A DNA stretch of 64,000 nt from Oscillospiraceae bacterium (lineage in GTDB: Bacteria > Bacillota > Clostridia > Oscillospirales > Ruminococcaceae): positions 2,928-66,927 of the forward strand of contig SVMZ01000012.1 of NCBI GenBank assembly GCA_015067185.1, read 5' to 3'. Within the stretch, counting starts at the first letter, position 1. Each line of letters begins with the position of its first letter. Shown here piece after piece: positions 60,937 to 64,000 of this stretch. Below the pieces are notes generated by a model. It saw only the letters and a program-made list of their open reading frames with translations. It had not been told where the DNA came from and searched no databases. Made by a program: the position numbers and the translations under genes.

Positions 60937-62241
60937 ATGACAAACACGCTTCTCGTCGGTATCGGACGCCATGACATTACCCCACCCCTTGGCGCCTGGC
61001 TGACAGGCTATGCCCCTGCAAGACAGGCGGAATCGGTTGGCGACAATCTGAACCTCACTGCTTTTGCCTTTGGTTACAACGATCTCCGCTCTCTCCTTGT
61101 CACTGCCGATGTCTGCCTCATCAAGGCTCCCGACGGTGATCGCGTACGCCGCGCTATGTCGGCCGCTTCCGGCATTCCCTTTGAGCATATCACTCTTTCC
61201 ACCACCCACACCCATTCCGGTCCCGCTACCTTCCGTACCGGCGGCGGTGCTGATATGGATATGGAATACTTTGATAACATCTTTATCCCTGCTGCTGAAA
61301 AAGCTGCTGCCGAAGCCGTTGCTGCTTTGCGTCCTGCTGAAGTTGGCGTAGGTGAAATTCACAGTGACGTCGGCATCAACCGCCGTCAGATGCTGCAGAA
61401 TGGCACCATCATCCTCGGTCAGGATCCCCACGGCACCTACGATCCCATCATGACTGTTGTCTCCTTCCGCGAGCCGGACGGCAAACCCATCGGCAACCTG
61501 ATTCATTACGGCGCTCACAACACCGGTTCCGGAAAGAACCCGGAAATTACCCGCGACTGGTGCGGCGTTGCCATTGACCGTCTGGAAGCCGCATCCGGCG
61601 GTATCACCGCATTTTTCAACGGCTGTGAGGGTGACTGCGGTCCCCGCCTTGCCAATGGTCAAACCGTCGGCAATTATCAGCTGGCTCTGGAACTGGGCGG
61701 CCGTGCCGCCATTGATGCGGTCAATGCCTGGCGTTCTATCAAGGAATGGCGTTCCGACTGCGATATGCGCGTTATCTGCCGTACCGTCAAACTCCCCTAC
61801 AAGATTATGCCCACCAAGGAAGCCCTGCAGGCTGAGATCGACGCTATGGGCGATCCCGACAAGCTGATTGGTCTTGCTGTCCTTCAGTATGAAAGCCTGA
61901 TCCAGAGGATGGAAATGATCTGCTCCGGCGAGCCCATTGATGACAACCTCTGCCTTGAGCTTCCCGTCATCTCGGTCGGTCCCGTGGCCTTCTTCCCCAT
62001 CCCCTTTGAGATTTTCTCCCGCATCACCCTGCGCATCCGGGAGTTCAGTCCTTATCCCTACACCCTCTCTCTGAGCAATACCAACGGTGCTTATCAGTAC
62101 TTCCCCTCCATGGATCAGATCTGCCGCGGCGGTTATGAGGTCTGGGTATTCACCTCCCTTACCGCTCACCCCCTTGCCGACGATTCCGAGCAGCATCTGG
62201 TTGACCGTGCCGTTGAAATTCTGAAAGAACTGAAAGCCTGA
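60937..62241 (+). CDS. neutral/alkaline ceramidase N-terminal-domain-like hydrolase, paralog 6
   Basis: The same motif set. GGAGG RBS. Confidence 0.85.
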   Translation: MTNTLLVGIGRHDITPPLGAWLTGYAPARQAESVGDNLNLTAFAFGYNDLRSLLVTADVCLIKAPDGDRVRRAMSAASGIPFEHITLSTTHTHSGPATFRTGGGADMDMEYFDNIFIPAAEKAAAEAVAALRPAEVGVGEIHSDVGINRRQMLQNGTIILGQDPHGTYDPIMTVVSFREPDGKPIGNLIHYGAHNTGSGKNPEITRDWCGVAIDRLEAASGGITAFFNGCEGDCGPRLANGQTVGNYQLALELGGRAAIDAVNAWRSIKEWRSDCDMRVICRTVKLPYKIMPTKEALQAEIDAMGDPDKLIGLAVLQYESLIQRMEMICSGEPIDDNLCLELPVISVGPVAFFPIPFEIFSRITLRIREFSPYPYTLSLSNTNGAYQYFPSMDQICRGGYEVWVFTSLTAHPLADDSEQHLVDRAVEILKELKA

Positions 62242-62273
62242 ACCCGATGTCTTTCGATATAGAGGAAAACAAT

Positions 62274-63575
62274 ATGAAAAATAAGCTTTTAGTCGGCGTT
62301 GGCCGCCATGATATTACTCCTCCCATCGGTGCCTGGCTGACAGGATATGCTCCCGCCAGAAGGGCGGAATCGGTCGGCGACAACCTGAACATTACTGCGT
62401 TTGCCTTTGAATACAACGGTCTGCGCTCTATGGTTGTTACCGCAGATGTCTGTCTGATTCGTGCAAACTACGCGGAACAGGTGCGTAAACTTATGGGTAC
62501 CGCAGCCCATATTCCCTTTGAACATATTACCCTTTCCGCCACACATACCCATTCCGGCCCTGCCACCTTCCGTACCGGCGGCGGCTCTGAGATGGATATG
62601 GAGTATTTCAACAACATTTTCATTCCTGCCGCTGAGAAAGCTGCAGCCGATGCTGCAGCCTCTCTCCGTCCCGCACAGTTGGGCGTAGGGGAGATTCACA
62701 GCGACGTGGGTGTCAATCGCCGCGGTATGAAGCTTGACGGATCTATTGTACTCGGACAGGATCCTCACGGCACCTACGATCCCATTATGACCGTTATCTC
62801 CTTCCGCGAACCGGACGGCAAACCCATCGGCAACATCATTCACTACGGTGCCCATAACACCGCTTCCGGCAAAAACACCGAGATCACCCGTGATTGGTGC
62901 GGCGTTGCCATCGACCGTCTGGAGGCAGAATCCGGCGGCATCACCGCCTTCTTTAACGGCTGCGAGGGTGACTGCGGTCCCCGTCTTCCCAATGGACAGA
63001 CTACCGGAAACTATAAAATGGCACTGGAACTGGGCGGACGCGCTGCCATCGATGCCGTCAACGCCTGGCGCTCCATCAAGGAATGGCGCGACTGTGATAT
63101 GCGCGTTATCTGCCACACTGTCAAGCTTCCCTATAAACCGCTCCCCACTAAGGAAGCCCTGCAGGCTGAAATTGATGCCATGGGTGATCCCTCTCAGCTG
63201 GTTGGTCTCAAAGTGACCCAGTATGAGGCTCTCATCCAGAGAATGGAGCTACTCTGCTCCGGTGAACCCATTTCCGATGGACTCCCCATGGACCTCCCCG
63301 TCATTTCTGTCGGTCCCGTGGCTTTCTTCCCCATTCCTTTCGAGATTTTCTCCCGCATCACCCTGCGGATCAGACAGTTCAGTCCCTATCCTTACACTCT
63401 TTCCCTGAGCAACACCAACGGTGCCTACCGCTACTTCCCCTCTATGGATCAGATCTGCCGCGGCGGCTATGAGGTCTGGGTCTTCACCTCTTTTGCTGCA
63501 CAGCCGTTTGCCGATGATTCCGAGCAGTATCTTGTGGAAGGTGCCGTCAATATTCTGAATGAGCTTCATTCCTGA
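62274..63575 (+). CDS. neutral/alkaline ceramidase N-terminal-domain-like hydrolase, paralog 7
   Basis: The same motif set. The ATG at 62274 (MKNKLLVGVG) aligns with the other copies and follows AGAGGA. Confidence 0.85.
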   Translation: MKNKLLVGVGRHDITPPIGAWLTGYAPARRAESVGDNLNITAFAFEYNGLRSMVVTADVCLIRANYAEQVRKLMGTAAHIPFEHITLSATHTHSGPATFRTGGGSEMDMEYFNNIFIPAAEKAAADAAASLRPAQLGVGEIHSDVGVNRRGMKLDGSIVLGQDPHGTYDPIMTVISFREPDGKPIGNIIHYGAHNTASGKNTEITRDWCGVAIDRLEAESGGITAFFNGCEGDCGPRLPNGQTTGNYKMALELGGRAAIDAVNAWRSIKEWRDCDMRVICHTVKLPYKPLPTKEALQAEIDAMGDPSQLVGLKVTQYEALIQRMELLCSGEPISDGLPMDLPVISVGPVAFFPIPFEIFSRITLRIRQFSPYPYTLSLSNTNGAYRYFPSMDQICRGGYEVWVFTSFAAQPFADDSEQYLVEGAVNILNELHS

Positions 63576-63619
63576 TTCCCCGTTCCCACAGATTATAAAT
63601 TTTAGGAGATACATGCTTC

Positions 63620-64000
63620 ATGTACAATTATGATGTTATTGTTGCCGGCGGCGGCACCGCAGGTGTTACTGCTGCCATTGCTGCCGCAAGAAACGGAGCC
63701 AAAACCCTCATCATTGAACAATACGGTCATTTAGGCGGAACCGCCGTTACCGGTCTTCCCTTTCTCGGGGTTTACGACGGCTGCGACAAACGTGTCAATG
63801 CCGGTCTTGTAAAAGAAATTACCGAGAGAATGAAAACAGAAAACGGTTCCCTTGACGGTGTTTTCGGCGCCACCTGGAATGACGGACGCTACCGTTTTTC
63901 TATCACTCCCTACGATGAAGAAATCTATAAATATGTCGTTCAGGAAATGGCACTGGAAGCAGGCTGTGAAATTCTCTTCCACTCCTTCGTCATCGGTGCC
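63620..64000 (+). CDS. FAD-dependent oxidoreductase (N-terminal part; continues beyond the window)
   Basis: MYNYDVIVAGGGTAGVTAAIAAARNGAKTLIIEQYGHLGGTA is a Rossmann GxGxxG dinucleotide-binding motif. A GGAGA RBS precedes it, 44 nt after paralog 7 with no terminator in between. Confidence 0.8.
   Translation, partial: MYNYDVIVAGGGTAGVTAAIAAARNGAKTLIIEQYGHLGGTAVTGLPFLGVYDGCDKRVNAGLVKEITERMKTENGSLDGVFGATWNDGRYRFSITPYDEEIYKYVVQEMALEAGCEILFHSFVIGA

Larger units (their letters stand above)
54249..63575 (+). repeat. tandem array of seven diverged copies of a roughly 1.33-kb gene unit
   Basis: Seven collinear ORFs of 433-438 aa with 17-47 nt spacers. Shared nucleotide blocks occur, for example atcacccgcgactggtgcggtgttgccatcgaccgtctgga in copy 1 (about 54848) and copy 3 (about 57535). 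Confidence 0.95.

Noticed and set aside
55581-63116. Recurrent long antisense ORFs (55581-56711, 58182-59507, 59804-60835, 60862-62196, 62289-63116) inside the paralog array
   Set aside because: Their recurrence simply mirrors the repetition of the sense genes. The products are G/D/A/I-rich with no conserved motifs or RBS. The sense frames carry the conserved hydrolase motifs.
54249-63575. The possibility that the seven-copy array is an assembly artefact of a collapsed or expanded repeat
   Set aside because: The copies are clearly distinct from one another at both protein and nucleotide level. Each has a unique spacer and unique variable cassettes. An artefactual duplication would give near-identical units. 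Long-read confirmation is still advisable.

Overview
This window looks like a chromosomal segment of a Firmicutes/Clostridia-type anaerobe. That is an inference from gene content and order: maf-mreBCD-PBP2-minD-like-mgsA-hisS-aspS, rny-ymdB, Asp23-DAK2, and an F-type ATPase operon. GC content is mid-range. Most of the window is densely packed housekeeping DNA. It holds potABC, an OmpR-type two-component system plus an HtrA protease, ychF, aspS/hisS, the cell-shape cluster, the atp operon, glyA, ilvE, folC, rlmB/trmL and deoB. An RNase P RNA gene (rnpB, minus strand, about 53614-53958) sits under spurious ORF calls. I saw no CRISPR array, transposase, integrase, tRNA or rRNA.

The clearly non-ordinary part is the last 10 kb. 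Seven head-to-tail paralogs (54249-63575) encode a roughly 435-aa, signal-peptide-less protein resembling the N-terminal domain of neutral/alkaline ceramidases. They form one operon behind a single promoter and are followed by a FAD-dependent oxidoreductase. All seven copies keep the putative metal/catalytic motifs, diverge in discrete cassettes, and show mosaic relationships.

Other points worth a second look:
- The ATP synthase has b'-like, delta-like and alpha moieties in one 749-codon ORF, and its epsilon subunit lacks the C-terminal helical domain.
- A roughly 410-nt untranslated leader lies between a consensus promoter and an intrinsic terminator just upstream of potA.
- A large membrane protein looks like a P1B-type ATPase that has lost its catalytic motifs. 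It sits between two RNA methyltransferase genes.

All family assignments come from motif recognition by eye. No database search or identity calculation was run.
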